Shown here in pieces: positions 39,075-52,000 of a stretch of DNA of 64,000 nt. Location: contig JAGIQG010000009.1 in NCBI GenBank assembly GCA_024679065.1, forward strand, positions 66,340,001-66,404,000, written 5' to 3'. Position numbers and translations under genes: made by a program. Numbering within the stretch: position 1 is the stretch's first letter; each line of letters opens with the position of its first letter. Under the pieces are notes generated by a model, which ran no database searches, was not told the origin of the DNA, and saw nothing but the letters and a program-made list of their open reading frames with translations. This DNA comes from Sphyrna mokarran (Eukaryota).

Positions 39075-39852
39075 CTGTGCCGCCTCGTGGAAATGTCCTC
39101 CTTGCCTTTTTCTGCCACGCGGAGGCATTTCCTGTATGGGCTGCTGCTGCATACCTTCCATTAACTGTCCTCGCCTGTTGCCTGGATACACCTTGGCGGG
39201 CCATCAGGCAGCAGAGGTCCCTCTATGGAGGGGTCTCCCCCAATTACCTGGGGTGCAGAGTATATATGTAGCAGTTCCGTACAACCGTAGGATTCACTGG
39301 TTCATGGGCTCCGAAGCTTGACCCTTCTGTGGCCTTGGAGTCAGCAGACCATGTCTGTTTCATGTCTTAGGTTGCACTCCCTTTCCGTTTTCCTGAAGAA
39401 CCTTTTATTGATGTTTTGTTTGCACTTCAATCCTCCACGCTCCTGATCTATGGACACCTGTGCGGAGAAAGGCGAGTCAGGATGGCGACCTCCGTATGAA
39501 CCTGCTCCTGGGTTTGGTGAAACGCACCATTTACATGTCCAGGCAGCGGGCGATTGAGGGGGCGTCCGTCCTAACTGTCTGCCCCTTTACCCCAGCTACG
39601 TTCACAGCCAGGTGTCCCTGAAGAGGGAGCATGTGAAGTCCACAGGTGCAGTTGAGGTCTTCCATGCCCGTTGGGCACCGCAGGGGCTGAGGTCCATTAT
39701 CGACCTTAAATAATCACATTATCATTTGATGTTTTCAAGTTCCCTTTGTACTTTGATTTTGTTCAGGCAGTTCCCCCTCCTTTTAGGGAACTGCCCCTTT
39801 TATTTTGTCCTGATTTAGTTTGAGTTTGTTTATTTGGTTTGACCTAAAAGAG
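39075..39852 (+). mobile_element. L1-Tx1 clade LINE 3' end (second family)
   Basis: LYGLLLHTF, DTPWR, AVPYNRR, PFCG...DH...C, NLLLGL, RWAPQG; T-rich 3' UTR. Confidence 0.75.
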
Positions 39853-39989
39853 GCCATATACATATCTTTCAACTACTATTATGTGCTTAGGATATTCCTG
39901 CGCAGGACGTGGGGAAGTCTGAATAGTAATAACAATGTGTGCTGATGTGTCTCGACTCTGACCAAGATAACCAAACTTCCTTCACCACT

Positions 39990-42910
39990 ACACTCTCCCC
40001 TCCCTTCCCCCTTCCTCCAGTCCACTAGGAACATCTGTTACATGTCTCAGGTGATCCTTTGACACTTTGCTTACCTTTGTTCTATTAATTACACATTCTG
40101 ATCTCTTAATGATCGCCCTTCTTAGCCATGATCATCAGCATTTCTATTCCCTTTTATCTTTTGTCCATACCATCATTATCCGTTACCAACTCACCCTTAC
40201 AATGAGAATATAAGATCATCAAATTATCTTATATTCTATTCTCTTCAGTTCTGACGAAGGATCATCCAGACTCAAAACGTTAGCACTATCCTCTCTCCAC
40301 AGAGCCTGTCAGACCTGCTGAGATTTTATAGCACTTTCTGTTTGTGTTTCAGATTCCAATATCTGTGATATTTTGTCTTTATCTTGGTGTTTAACTCACT
40401 GTTACTTCTCTTGCAGAGTACCTATCCTGAAGAAGTATTGTTCTTCTCTGGCAGGATTTCCATTTGTCTCTTTCACCCGGTGCACTATCACTGCTTTCCA
40501 TTTCCATCTAGCGTTTGACAAATTTTTAACCAAAGCTCGCTTTCACAAGCATATTATCTTCCTCACCAACTGTCTCCATTTCCAATTTACTCAACGTCGA
40601 TTCCACCACTCATGTTTCAAATCTGCCAGGATTACAGGTATCTCCAGGACAACAACGCTCTTTGAGAACTGCTGTTCTTGCCACTCTCTGTGCCATGCAC
40701 TGTCACATGCACACCCTCTCTCCAGCAACTCTGACTCACTCCATCTCAAAGCTTATCCCCAGTTTCATTTCATTCTTTGTCTCACCTGATATCTCAACAA
40801 GAAACTCTTCCTTTCAGGTGTAAGGAACATAAGCTTCAACAACTCAAAGGAGATTTTCACAGTAACTTCATTGCAGAATTAACGTAAGTCTACTCATAAC
40901 ACTAATAAATAAACTCTATACCAATGCCCATCCAGGACTCTCTTCCCTTTCCTGCTCCTGATTCCATCCCCCTGAATCTCAGTCTTTGCCATGTATTCAC
41001 CACCCTCTGACCTTTGCTTCACTGATGCTGAGCGTACCATATTCAACAAAAGATTTAGCTTTGTACCCTTATGTCCTCACCTTCATGAATCTCACGCTCA
41101 ATGCAATGCTGAGCTCTTCCTTTGCTGCCTTTGTCTCCGTGTTTTCTTTGGGTAGGAGTCCTCCCCCCGTTCAACAGATCCTTTCACTCACCTACAGCAC
41201 TTTCCCTCTATCAGGACCCCTCTCTCCAGTCTCTTACTTGCTCTTGATGTTTTCATTGAGAACTGTAGGCATGACATTGGCTGGCTGTCTCAATTTCTCT
41301 ACTATTCTGACCTGATTCCTTCTGAACTTGCATTTTGCTCTCTCAGGTTCAACTCTCGCTTTGTCATCAAACCGGCTGACAAGTCTCCCTTGTCCAGTCC
41401 CTTCCCACCAGTTGCTGTCTGCCATACTAATCTCTACCTCGCAGAGGCTGAATGCCAATTCTCAGACACTTCTTCCTACCTTCCCTTGGATCGTGACCCT
41501 ACAAACAAACATGAAGTCACTGTTTCCAGAACTGTCACTGACCTCATCTCCTCTGGAGATCTTCCTTCCACAGCATCCAACCCCCTGGTCTCCCAACCCC
41601 AGACAGCCCACTTCTACCTCCTTCCCAAAAATCCAGAAATAGGACTGCCCCAGTCAGTGCATCGGACGGGATTTTACAACCTCGCTCATCCAGAAACCGT
41701 AAAATCCTGCCCAAGGTCAACAGACCTTTCCATGCTCTACCCCTCACCTGCTCCAATTCCCATGGTAGACAGGACAGTAAAATTCCAACCATCGTATCAG
41801 TCGGTTCCTGAACTCATTTCTTCCCATCTTAACTCTATTCTTCCTCCTCTTGTCCAGTCCCATCCCACCTACACCCAGATATCCTCCAGTGCCTTATGTC
41901 ATGACAACAATTTCCAAAGGTCCAAACCATCTTTTCCTTACCGTGGATGTCCATTCTCTCTGCACCTCCATTTCTCATCTGGATGGCCTGAGAGCTCTTT
42001 GCTCCTTTCTCAAAACGGAGACCTGAACAATCTCCATCACCACCACTTCCCCCTCTGGCTGAACTAATTCTCTATTCAACAATTTCTCCTTTAACTCGTT
42101 TCACTTCCCTCCAGATAAAAGATGTGGCAATGGGCATTTGTATGTGTCCCAGTTATGCCTATCTCTCTATGGGGTATGTGGAACGTTCCCTGTTCCAGTC
42201 CTTTTCCAGCCCGTTCCCACAACTCCTTTAAATGGTAATCAATAAATATTTTGGTGCACTTCATGCTTTCATCTGGATCTGAAAAAATTTGGTTCACGAG
42301 CAGGGACCGGACTTTCCTGTCGCTTGCCATTTCAACACATCACCCTGTTCTCCTGTCCATTCTTGGCCTGTTACACTGTTCCAGTGAAGCTCAATCCAAA
42401 CTGGAGTTTCAGCATCTCATCTTCCAATTAGGCACTTTCCAGTCTTCTGGATTCAGCTTTGAGTTCAACAACTTGAGAGCATGAACTCTCTCATTCACAT
42501 TCACTTACTCCCTTCCATTTTTTTTCATTTCTGCTATTGTTTCATTTTGCCACCTTTTTTTAATCTCACTTTCCAGGTTTTTCCCCCACCATGGTCTCCA
42601 TTGTCCCCAAGCCACCTCAGGTCACCTGTTATACGCCTCAGGTTATCCTTTGACATTCTGCTCACCTTTATTCTGACATTTACACATTCTGATCTCTTAA
42701 TGGCCACTGTCAGCACCCTTCTTAGCCATGATCACCAACAGTTACATTCTCCTTTTCTTTTTATCCATGACATGTTTGTTAATTTGGTCCCCCCACCCCA
42801 CCTCACCCTAATAGTATAAATATCATCTGATATTCTATTATCTTCAGATCTGACAAAAGGTCCTCCAGTTGTGAAGTGTTGTCTCTATCTTCTCTCCACA
42901 GATGCTGTAT
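39990..42910 (+). mobile_element. Near-complete decayed Penelope-like element (pLTR-ORF-pLTR)
   Basis: Direct pLTRs ~39990-40375 and ~42560-42910; RT motifs VIKPADK, LYLAEA, FYLLPK, GVAMG-like; GIY-YIG end EAQSKLEFQHLIFQLGTFQSSG; many frameshifts. Confidence 0.85.
41664..41790. mobile_element. MITE, PIF/Harbinger-like
   Basis: TIR ggacgggattttac / gtaaaattccaacc; 3-bp TSD atc; interrupts the Penelope RT PGRPIVS-like motif. Confidence 0.75.
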
Positions 42911-43154
42911 GAGTACAGTCAGTAGTTCTGATGAAATCCCAGAGGGCCAAGGTTGGCCTTTTAACCAGAATTCAGCGGCCCATGGCTACCTCTGATGTGT
43001 CCATATCCCGAACAAAACAAGGCTACCTCCCTATTGCTCCCCCTGCCCTGCCCCAGAACTCTTCCCCCTCACCCATCACCAGAACTCTTCCCCCACCTCA
43101 CCCTGCCAATTTAGGGAATTCCAGCCCTGCCTGTGTGACATTACACTGGCAGGG

Positions 43155-43605
43155 TTTAGATGTTGCCTGGATTGGGAGGTATGCCTTATGAAGATAGGTT
43201 GAGGGAGCTGGGACTCTTCTCCCTGGAGAAACGAAGGTTGAGAGGTGACCTGATAGAGGTTTATAAGATGTTGAGAGGAATAGATAGGGTGGATTCTCAG
43301 AGGCTATTTCCCCGGGCTGAAATGGTCGCTACCAGAGGACACAGATTTAAGGTGCAGGGAAGCAAATACAGAGGGGATGTTAGGGGTAAGTTTTTCACTC
43401 AGAGGGTAGTGAGTGAATGGAATCGGCTGCCGTCGGTGGTGGTAGAGGCGAACTCGCTGGGGTCTTTTAAAAGACTTCTGGATGAGTATATGGGAACTAA
43501 TGGGATAGGGGGTTATAGATAGGTCTATGGCTTGGTAGGTATAGATGTGATCAGCGCAACTCGTGGACCGAAGGGCCTGTTTGTGTTGTAGTGTTCTATG
43601 TTCTA
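43155..43605 (+). mobile_element. HER1/CR1 3' end, open frame
   Basis: MLPGLGGMPYEDRLRELGLFSLEKRRLRGDLIEVYK...; ttctatgttct tail. Confidence 0.9.
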
Positions 43606-43638
43606 AAACTTGCATTTACAAAAGTTCTTCCCATAAGA

Positions 43639-44085
43639 GGCCTAAAATTTAGGTGGGGGCGGGGTAGAAAGACGATCATGCCCAGACTGTACCTGGAGCG
43701 CACATACACTTAGCCGTGGCCTGGCAATACTGGGGAACATCCTTTGCAAAAGTTGGGGGTCAGTGAGGGTCCCCCTGTGGGTGCAGGGGGACTTTCCCCC
43801 TGTCCATGACACGTGTCCCATGCCCATGAGGTGTTTGTGTTTTCATTATCTTTTTTAAAATCAGGACGCTCTTTATAAAAAGGGTTCCGATCTTTCAAAA
43901 ACCAGAATTATTAGCAGGGCAGGGGTAGGCTGAAACACAGCTGGCCCTCCCTGCGTGACATCATGGGCCCAACCTTTCCACCGTTTTTCCAGAGTTTAAA
44001 AATATGGCAGGAAAGCCGGCAAGGCAGCATGTTGGCTGCTCTGTCAAGCAAAACTTTGAAATAGAAAACTTGAAAATTTCATCCT
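43639..44085. mobile_element. MITE-like element
   Basis: Termini ggcctaaaattt / aaaatttcatcc; GC-rich interior. Confidence 0.4.
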
Positions 44086-44239
44086 GTATCTCAAATGAGA
44101 TAGCACCGTTTCTTTTGCAATTCATCTTCTCACAGTGCTATTTGTAAACTAGTTAAATTTAAATAAAAATACATGTAAAGCCAATGCAACTGATTTCTCG
44201 ATCATTACTCTGGGGAAAAAACATGGATCATTCACAGGC

Positions 44240-45180
44240 CAGCAATTGTAACGAGTGGGAAGCCACAGGATTCAATGCTGGACCTCAACTATTTACAATC
44301 TGATGGCTTGCATGAAGGGATTGCGTCTACTGTACCCAGATTTACTGGTGACATGAAAGTAGGTAAGAAATCAAGCTGTGGAGAGGATGCAACAAACCTG
44401 CAAAGGGATTTGCATAGGTTGAGTCAATGGCTGAAAAATTGGCAGATGGAGTATCATGTGGGAAAGTCAGAGATTATCCACTTTGGTATATGTAATAAAT
44501 TAGCAGAACATTATCTAAATGGAGAGAGGTTGCTGCGGTTCAGAGAGATCTGGTGTCCTGATGCATGAATCATAAAAGATTATCATACAAGTACAACATT
44601 TAATGAGAAGACAAATAGAATGCCGGCTTTTATTGCAAAGGGACAGATATTAAAGTACAGACTCTTTCTGTAATGATATAGGCCATTAGTGAGACTGCAC
44701 TGGGACTAAGGAAGCGTATACTTGCCAAATCAGAGATGGTTCACTGGGTTGGTTGCTGTGATGAGAAGTTGCAGATTATACGTGCTGGCTTTGGAATGAG
44801 AGATGAATTTATTGAAACATACAAGATGTTGAGGAAGTTTGATAGCGCAAATACGACAGGATATTTCCCCTCTGGGGAAATGAGGAGGCATCTTTTCAGA
44901 ACAAAGGGTCTCCTATTTACGACAGAGGTGAAGAGCAATTTCTTCTGAGATGGTCATTTATCTTTAGAATTCTCTATCTCAGATAGCAGTGAGGCCTGGA
45001 TCATTGAATATACCTAAGGATGAGTTATTCAGACTTTTGATCGACAAGGTCGAGAAATAATCCTTGACCCCATCATAATGAGGTCAAGCAGGGAGATAGA
45101 ATTGAGGCCACGTTGGCATCTTATTGAATGATGACAGGCTCGAGGGGCTGAATGGCCTGCTCCTGCTTTTACATGTTCTG
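44240..45180 (+). mobile_element. Old CR1 LINE RT and 3' fragment
   Basis: LQRDLHRLSQWLKNWQMEYHVGK; tail gaggggctgaatggcctgctcctgct. Confidence 0.8.
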
Positions 45181-47212
45181 CTCTCAAAAAAAAAGTCTAT
45201 AGATGAGATCTTATCAGTCTCTTATGACATGCTCCAGCTGCAGCGAGGTTGGAGAATTTGGCACTCAGCTAACTCCCCATTCACTGCAAAGGGATGGGAA
45301 ATTCCTTCTTTCATGAGTGATAGTAACATTCCGGCCTATTTCCTCAGGTAAAAAAGGGACACGAGATCCTTTAACTGCAGTTGGATTTCTGTGTCCTCAC
45401 CAGGAGTAGTGTTGCAGTGTTGGGGGACTTGGAGGGCCATAAATAAGGATGAGAGAGTTGCAACTCCAAATAGATATGGAGGCGGCATTGAACTAAAATG
45501 AAAGGAAGCTTTCCCTCCCCTGTTTCATTCAGCATTATCAACGAAGGGCAGAACATCTCAAGGAATATTGATCAGTTCGATTAGAATGTCTGAGAAACAG
45601 GCCAGCAAGGTTGTAATAACTTTAATCAGATCATTATTGGTCTATTGGAATATAAACTCTATGATTAAGAGACTAAATAGGGAAGACCTTACTTCATATT
45701 TAGTGTCTTTATTTTGTATTTGTGTCAGTTTCTCTGGGACTTCCAAAGATAGACTGCTGACTGACAGCACTGTGGATCCTGCTATTGGAATTGGAAATAA
45801 AGGGATTCTGGTGACGGGACTTCTGCCTCCATGAATTTATTACTAAGGTAAAGAGGACCAAAAACTGGGAAGCTGAGATAGTTTAACAACTTTCTTAATT
45901 TGGAACTCCGACTGCTAGCTAACAGCCCAGCTGCATTCTCTGAATGACCATCTCCAGATGTACATCCTAAACCGCAGCTGGTTCTCTGGCAGGGCTTTTT
46001 TCATTCTCCCACACAAGTAGAAAAATATAACATGCAGCATTTTTTTTAATATATTCAGGCTTGATGCAGATCGCCTGAAGTCTCCAGTTCCGAAGTGCCT
46101 CACGCAATTGTTAACAGACACATCTGAATCAGAGATACTGATAGCAATTCCATCACTTTGCAGATGTGCTGAATGAGTAGTGGCATGTATAAACAGATGT
46201 CACATTCAATCATCACCACAGCCAAGGACCAAGACTTTCACAGGCTCTGCCAGCGACCAAAGCAGAGTCCGATAAATACGCAATGGGTCAAACATCTGAA
46301 CTGCCATAGCAATTGTAAGTTAGTAAATTCCACAGCAAACTGCTTCTAGCTGCAGACAGTGACATAACAGAACTGGAAGACCTTCAGTAGACATTGACTG
46401 AATGTTCCATATTGGCAGGGCACAGACTTTGCTGTAACTCACAACTCCAAAGATCAATTAGGGTCAACTCACCTTCTTTTTCTTCCTGAGGAGAACTTTA
46501 ACACCATCCACTGACACCATTATAGTCACTTTCTTTTTCTTAATATTCTTGGCCTTGAATTCATACTGAAATGAAAAGGGACGGAAGAGCTATATTAATA
46601 AGTGACGCCATCCTTGAACAACAGGAAAAATATGGTCAATGTTATTTTCCTCGTTTCCCTCAAAGGTTCACACAATTCTGCCCCACCCACCCTTCCACAT
46701 TCCCTCTCCCCTTCTAACTACAAACAACTGTGGCATTGTATGTTCTGGATTGCTGGTGGATCACAAGATTTTACTCAAAGATATTTGCTCCATCGGAGGA
46801 GGAATTTAGACTGGGTCACAAGAACAACTTTACAGTAGGCAGCTTGTACCTTGTAACATGGAACTGAGTTTTTGATGCACGACACAAGATGGGACTGCTG
46901 TGGGTTAGTAAGCAGTAAGGAATCAATGGTCACGGGGATGAGTTTGGAAAGTGGAATTGAGGATTATCACATTAAATCAGTCACAATCTCATTGAATGGT
47001 ACCTCAGACTCGATGGGCCCAATGGCCTACTTCTGCTCTTATGTCTTATGGTCTGAGGGCCTTATGGGTCAAGAAGATGGTTCATCATCACCTTCTCATG
47101 GAATATTAGGGATGGGAGGCATGATGCCACAGTGATTAGAACTGTTGCCTCTGTGCCAGGGACTGGGTTCAATTCCAGCCTTGGGTAACGGTCTGTGTAG
47201 AGTTTGCACATT

Positions 47213-48323
47213 AGAACATAGAACATAGAACATTACAGCACAGAACAGGCCCTTCGGCCTTCGATGTTGTGCCGACCAAAATAAAAAGCAATGCCCCTCC
47301 AAACTAAACATTCCCTTCTCTTCCATATACTTATCAATTAACCTCTTAAACGCCACCAAACTTGGCGCATCTACAACAGCTGCAGGCAGGGCATTCCACT
47401 CCCTAATCACTCTTTGAGTAAAGAACCTACCTCTGATATCCGTCTATAACTCATACCCCTTAATTTAAAGCTGTGTCCCCTCGTGCTAGCTTTCTCCATC
47501 CTAGGAAAAAGGCTATCACTGTCCGCCCTATCTAAACCTCTAATCATCTTATATGCTTCAATAAGATCCCCTCTTAGCCGCCTCCTTTCTAACGGAAACA
47601 ACCTCAAATCCTTCAACCTCTCTTCATAGGACCTGCCCTCCATACCAGGCAACATCCTGGTAAACCTCCTCTGTACCCTCTCCAATGCCTCCACATCTTT
47701 CTTATAATGTGGCGACCAGAACTGCACACAATACTCCAAGTGCGGCCGCACTAGAGTTTTGTACATTTGCAACATGATGCTGCGGCTCCTAAATTCAATC
47801 CCCCTACCAATAAAAGCTAAAACTCCATATGCCTTCTTAACAACTTTATCCACTTGACTGCCTACTTTCAGGGATCTATTGACACATACACCAAGATCCT
47901 TCTGTTCCTCAACACTATTAAGAGCCATACCATTAGCCCTATACTCTACACATTTATTGTTCCTGCCAAAGTGCATTACATCACACTTTTCCACATTAAA
48001 CTCCATTTGCCACCTCTCGGCCCAGCTCTGCAACTTGTCCAAGTCACTCTGTAAACTATAACACCCCTCTTCACTATCTACCACTCCACCGACTTTAGTG
48101 TCATCTGCAAATTTACTGATCCATCCCTCAATACCCTCATCCCGATCATTTATAAAAATTACAAACAGCAGGGGCCCCAAAACAGACCCCTGAGGCACAC
48201 CACTCATCACCGAACTCCACGATGAATATCTCCCATCAACCACCACCCTCTGTCTTCTATCTGCCAGCCAATTCCTAATCCAATTAGCTAAATCACCCTC
48301 TAAATCACCCTCTAAATCACCCA
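47213..48323 (-). mobile_element. Young HER1/CR1 LINE, 5'-truncated
   Basis: 305-aa RT C-half ([14 protein letters not shown]); (agaacat)n tail; att duplicated at the junctions. Confidence 0.95.
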
Positions 48324-48380
48324 ATTCTTTCCCTTGTCTGCATGGGTCGCCTCCGGTTGCCTCCCACAGTCCAAAGATAA

Positions 48381-49428
48381 GGGCCGGATTCTCCTATCCT
48401 ACTGTACTAATTTTTTTAGGGTGAGAGGAATCCGGCAGAGGCCAATTTGTGGAATTTGCGCAAGCTTTCTCGCCCCGATTGTCTCCCAGCAGCGGATTTC
48501 CGGTGGAGTCTGCTCCACACTGAACATTGGTGGGGAGATACACAGACCATTAAAATGGTTACTTCAATACAATTTGAATATCATTAGTAAGCCTGAGATT
48601 GAAGTCTCCGGCCCACTAGCGTTTCCCATCTTTCCTTCCTGGCCCACCAGAGTATTTCACTCTAGCGGGGATTACATGAACTCCATAGTTCCCCATGACC
48701 TGACCCTGCTGGAGTGAAGGTAAATCAGGGCTCCCCTAGACAGTCCGGCAGGGGGTGTACCCTGGCCATTAGCACCCTGCCAGTGCCAATCTGGGCCCCC
48801 AAGCACTGCCCAAGGGGCAAAATGCCAATGCCCAGGGGACACCTTGGTACTCTGCTCATGTCTAATGCACAGTCAAGGGGGTAGGGCAAATGGGGCTTGG
48901 TGGGGCAGGGGTCCTGCTGCCACTCTGCATAGGGATGGGGGTGGGGGGGGATAAAGGAGGCCGATCTTTGACTAGCATGGCCAGTCTGCTGGGGGTGGGT
49001 CAACACTGTGGGCCAGGGAGAAGGTTTGAGGCTGGGCCCAGCAATGGTCGGGGAGCCAGCAATCCAGCTTATGGGGTGGGTGGGTGGGTGGGGGAGCAGA
49101 GGAGGGTTGGAGCTGGTGTCGCTGGAGTCGAGGGGCTGGCGATGATGGAGCTAGTCAGCAATTGGAAGGCTATCAATATGGAGCATGCACCGATCTCGGT
49201 ATTGACAGAAGGATGCATGAGCAGTAGCTTGTTCAGGATGCTGATTTCAGCCTTTCCAGTGGGGCTAGGCACCACCCCTTGAAACTTGATGATATTCACG
49301 CTGGTGGCCTCAACAGGGCACAGAGTATGGGAGATTCTTCTCTGAACTCCCACTGGGGAAAAAAAATGTGAATTACTCCAGTTTTTACATAAATTTAACG
49401 CACAAAATTTTTTGGGAGAATTCTACCC
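48381..49428. mobile_element. ~1-kb non-autonomous TIR element
   Basis: TIR gggccggattctcc / ggagaattctaccc; no transposase ORF. Confidence 0.7.
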
Positions 49429-50129
49429 CAGGCTAGTAGGATTGGCCATGGTAAATTGCCCCTTATGTAGGTTTCAATTTATGTACGTCCAATGGATTAG
49501 GGATTATAGGGATGAGGCAGGTAAGATACTGAATCGGTGCAAACTTGAAGGACCGAGCGAACTCCAGCTGCAGTGTAGGAATTCTATAATATGTTGGCTA
49601 ATGCCCATCCCATGAAAGAGATTGAAAACATGTAAAAGATTATTTGTAGAAAGTCCAAATTAGTATTTAGATCAAGGCACAATTTGGGGTATGCGTCCAG
49701 ATGATCATTTAACTCTTTCCCTGTGAAAGACAAAAGGCAACAACTTTAATAGTTGTTGCATACAACAGCACAGTGTGTCATAGTACAGGACAACAGTGTA
49801 GATGGGGAATGGTTTTGCACTATTGTAGTAGTTTTCTGAGAAGTTAGTAAAGCTTCTGCATCAATAATCAAAGTAAATATTAACAGAATCAAAACTCCTT
49901 GCCTGCAATGCCTGAGTGAGCTAATCCAGTGATTAGCCGACCCATACCATTAATGTTTCAGGTTCTACTCCAATTTCTGCTCCAACAATGAGAATGTCAT
50001 GGTTGGGCTGAGTGCTTTTGAACTAGTAAGGGCTTGACTAACCAGCATTCCTGCTTCTATTCTCTATATACCAATTCTTGCCACAAGTGGCTACAACCAA
50101 ATATTCAAATAAATTGGTGGATAGCCATG

Positions 50130-50450
50130 TCCACGGTAGCACAATGATCAACACTGTTGCCTCAGTGCCAGGCATCTGGGTTCGCTTCCGGCCTTGAGTC
50201 ACAGTCTGTGTGGAGTTTGCATGTTCTCCTCATGTCTGCATGGGTTTCCTCTGGATGCGCCGGTTTTCTCCCACAATCCAAAGATGTGCAGGTTGGTTGA
50301 TTGGCTGCGCTAAATTGCCCTTTAGAGTCAAAGGGATGAGCAAAGTAAATATGAGGGATTATGGGAATAGGGCCTGGGTAGGCTGGTGGTTGGTGCAGAC
50401 TTAATGGGCTGAATGGCCTCTTTCTGCACAGTAGATTCTACGATTCTACG
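50130..50450 (+). mobile_element. HE1-type SINE
   Basis: Head and tail. Confidence 0.85.
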
Positions 50451-51701
50451 AGCAGGAGCAGCCAGCATAAAGTTATCAGTATCAGTCAACAGGAGCAAAG
50501 TTCTTATAATTGGACAGTGTGTGAATGGTTACAATGGCAGAGGCAACAAATTTCCTTTATGATCAGCTTTGGTGCTCAGAAAAAAATTCTCAGTGCCTCA
50601 TGTGCATTCCTGTCTCATTAGCAAGGCATTTTTGATAACCGCCTCAGTATTCAACTGTTGGAGATGGACCATCATTTCAAATTGTTTGGTCAAACGGACT
50701 CTGACTGTGTGAGCTTCCAGGCATGAGCTAATCAAGTCACCTTGGAATACATGGGCAAAGTCCTTTTTTTAAATTTTCCTGCAAGTTGGAGAGAGAGAGA
50801 GTGTCACACGACAAGCCAACCCTGTGTGTGTTTTAAGTAAATGATTTCTCAGCAGAATTGAAGACAATCAATCAGCTTGGCGAGAAGATCAAAGCGGGAC
50901 CTGTCCTGCCTCCCTTTCTCTCCAACCCACCGGATACATTTTGAACCCTGTTTGCTGACTGTTACCATCTAGGGATCTGTGGTGTGAGCAGAGATTTCTG
51001 AAAAGACCTACTTTTCACAGTAACTTCATTGTGGTGTTAACGTAAGCCAACCTGTGACACGAATAAATAAACTTTAGACCCAGCACTATTGTCTCCTGAA
51101 ACGCAGCCAACCTACTCATTTTCATCTTTAAATTGAATGCATTAAACCATGGGGTTCAGCTAGAAGCCAGCCGAGTCTCCAAAGCACAAGATGTGTATTC
51201 TTACAATATTTTTTGAAGAAATGACTATACTTTGGCCCACTAATCCTTCCCCACTCTTCAACTAGTAGTTGTCTGTGTGAGCTTCAAGTATGTGCGCGTA
51301 AAGTTGGTGTCTGCTTTATTATTTGCTTGGAACAGTTTAAGAACAATAAAGCTAATTAATCTCTTTCTTTGTTAAACTCAAGAAAATCTGTCCTATTGCT
51401 TCTTTTATAATCACAGCGAGTAAACGATTAAGCACTCACTGAATGGGCAAGAACACGCTTTTCAATCAAGACGCCTGCTGTGGTCAGACAAGGAAAAGAT
51501 TAAGAGGGAAGCCATTCGACTCTGCCTCACCTGGTCCAACGTGGGCAAGGTGTGCAGCAGAGTTGGAAACAAGATGTCAGACCTAGAGTTTGAATTTGGG
51601 AGGCCAGCAATAAGAGTTGAACAAGTTGAAAAAGAGTAGAAAAAAAATAAGGTCATTAGCACCAATCTGAAGGGACAGGTTCAGAAATTTCAACAAGTAC
51701 A

Positions 51702-52000
51702 TGTGGCACAGTGGTTAGCACTGCTGCCTCACTGTGCCAGGGACCTGGGTTCGATTCCTGGCCTTGGCTCACAGTATGTGCCAAGTTTGCACATTCTTCC
51801 CTTGTCTGTGTAGGTTTCCTCCAGGTACTCTAGTTTCCTCCCACAGTCCAAACTGTGCTGGTTAGATGCATTGGCCATGCTAAATTCTCCCTTGGTGTAC
51901 TTGAACAGACACCAGAGTGTGGTGACTAGAGGACTTTCATAGTAACTTTATTGCAATGTTAATGTAAGCCTATTTGCGACACTGATAAATAAACAAACTT
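51702..52000 (+). mobile_element. tRNA-derived SINE, type 2 tail
   Basis: gtggcacagtggttagcactgctgcc...ggttcgattcc; tail gttaatgtaagcctatttgcgacactgataaataaac. Confidence 0.88.

Larger units (their letters stand above)
47115..49590 (+). mobile_element. HE1-type SINE split into three pieces (47115-47212, 48324-48380, 49429-49590)
   Basis: Pieces are collinear across the CR1 and MITE inserts. Confidence 0.8.

Noticed and set aside
50640-51540. Possible second solo LTR
   Set aside because: LTR-like composition, but TG...CA termini and TSD could not be defined
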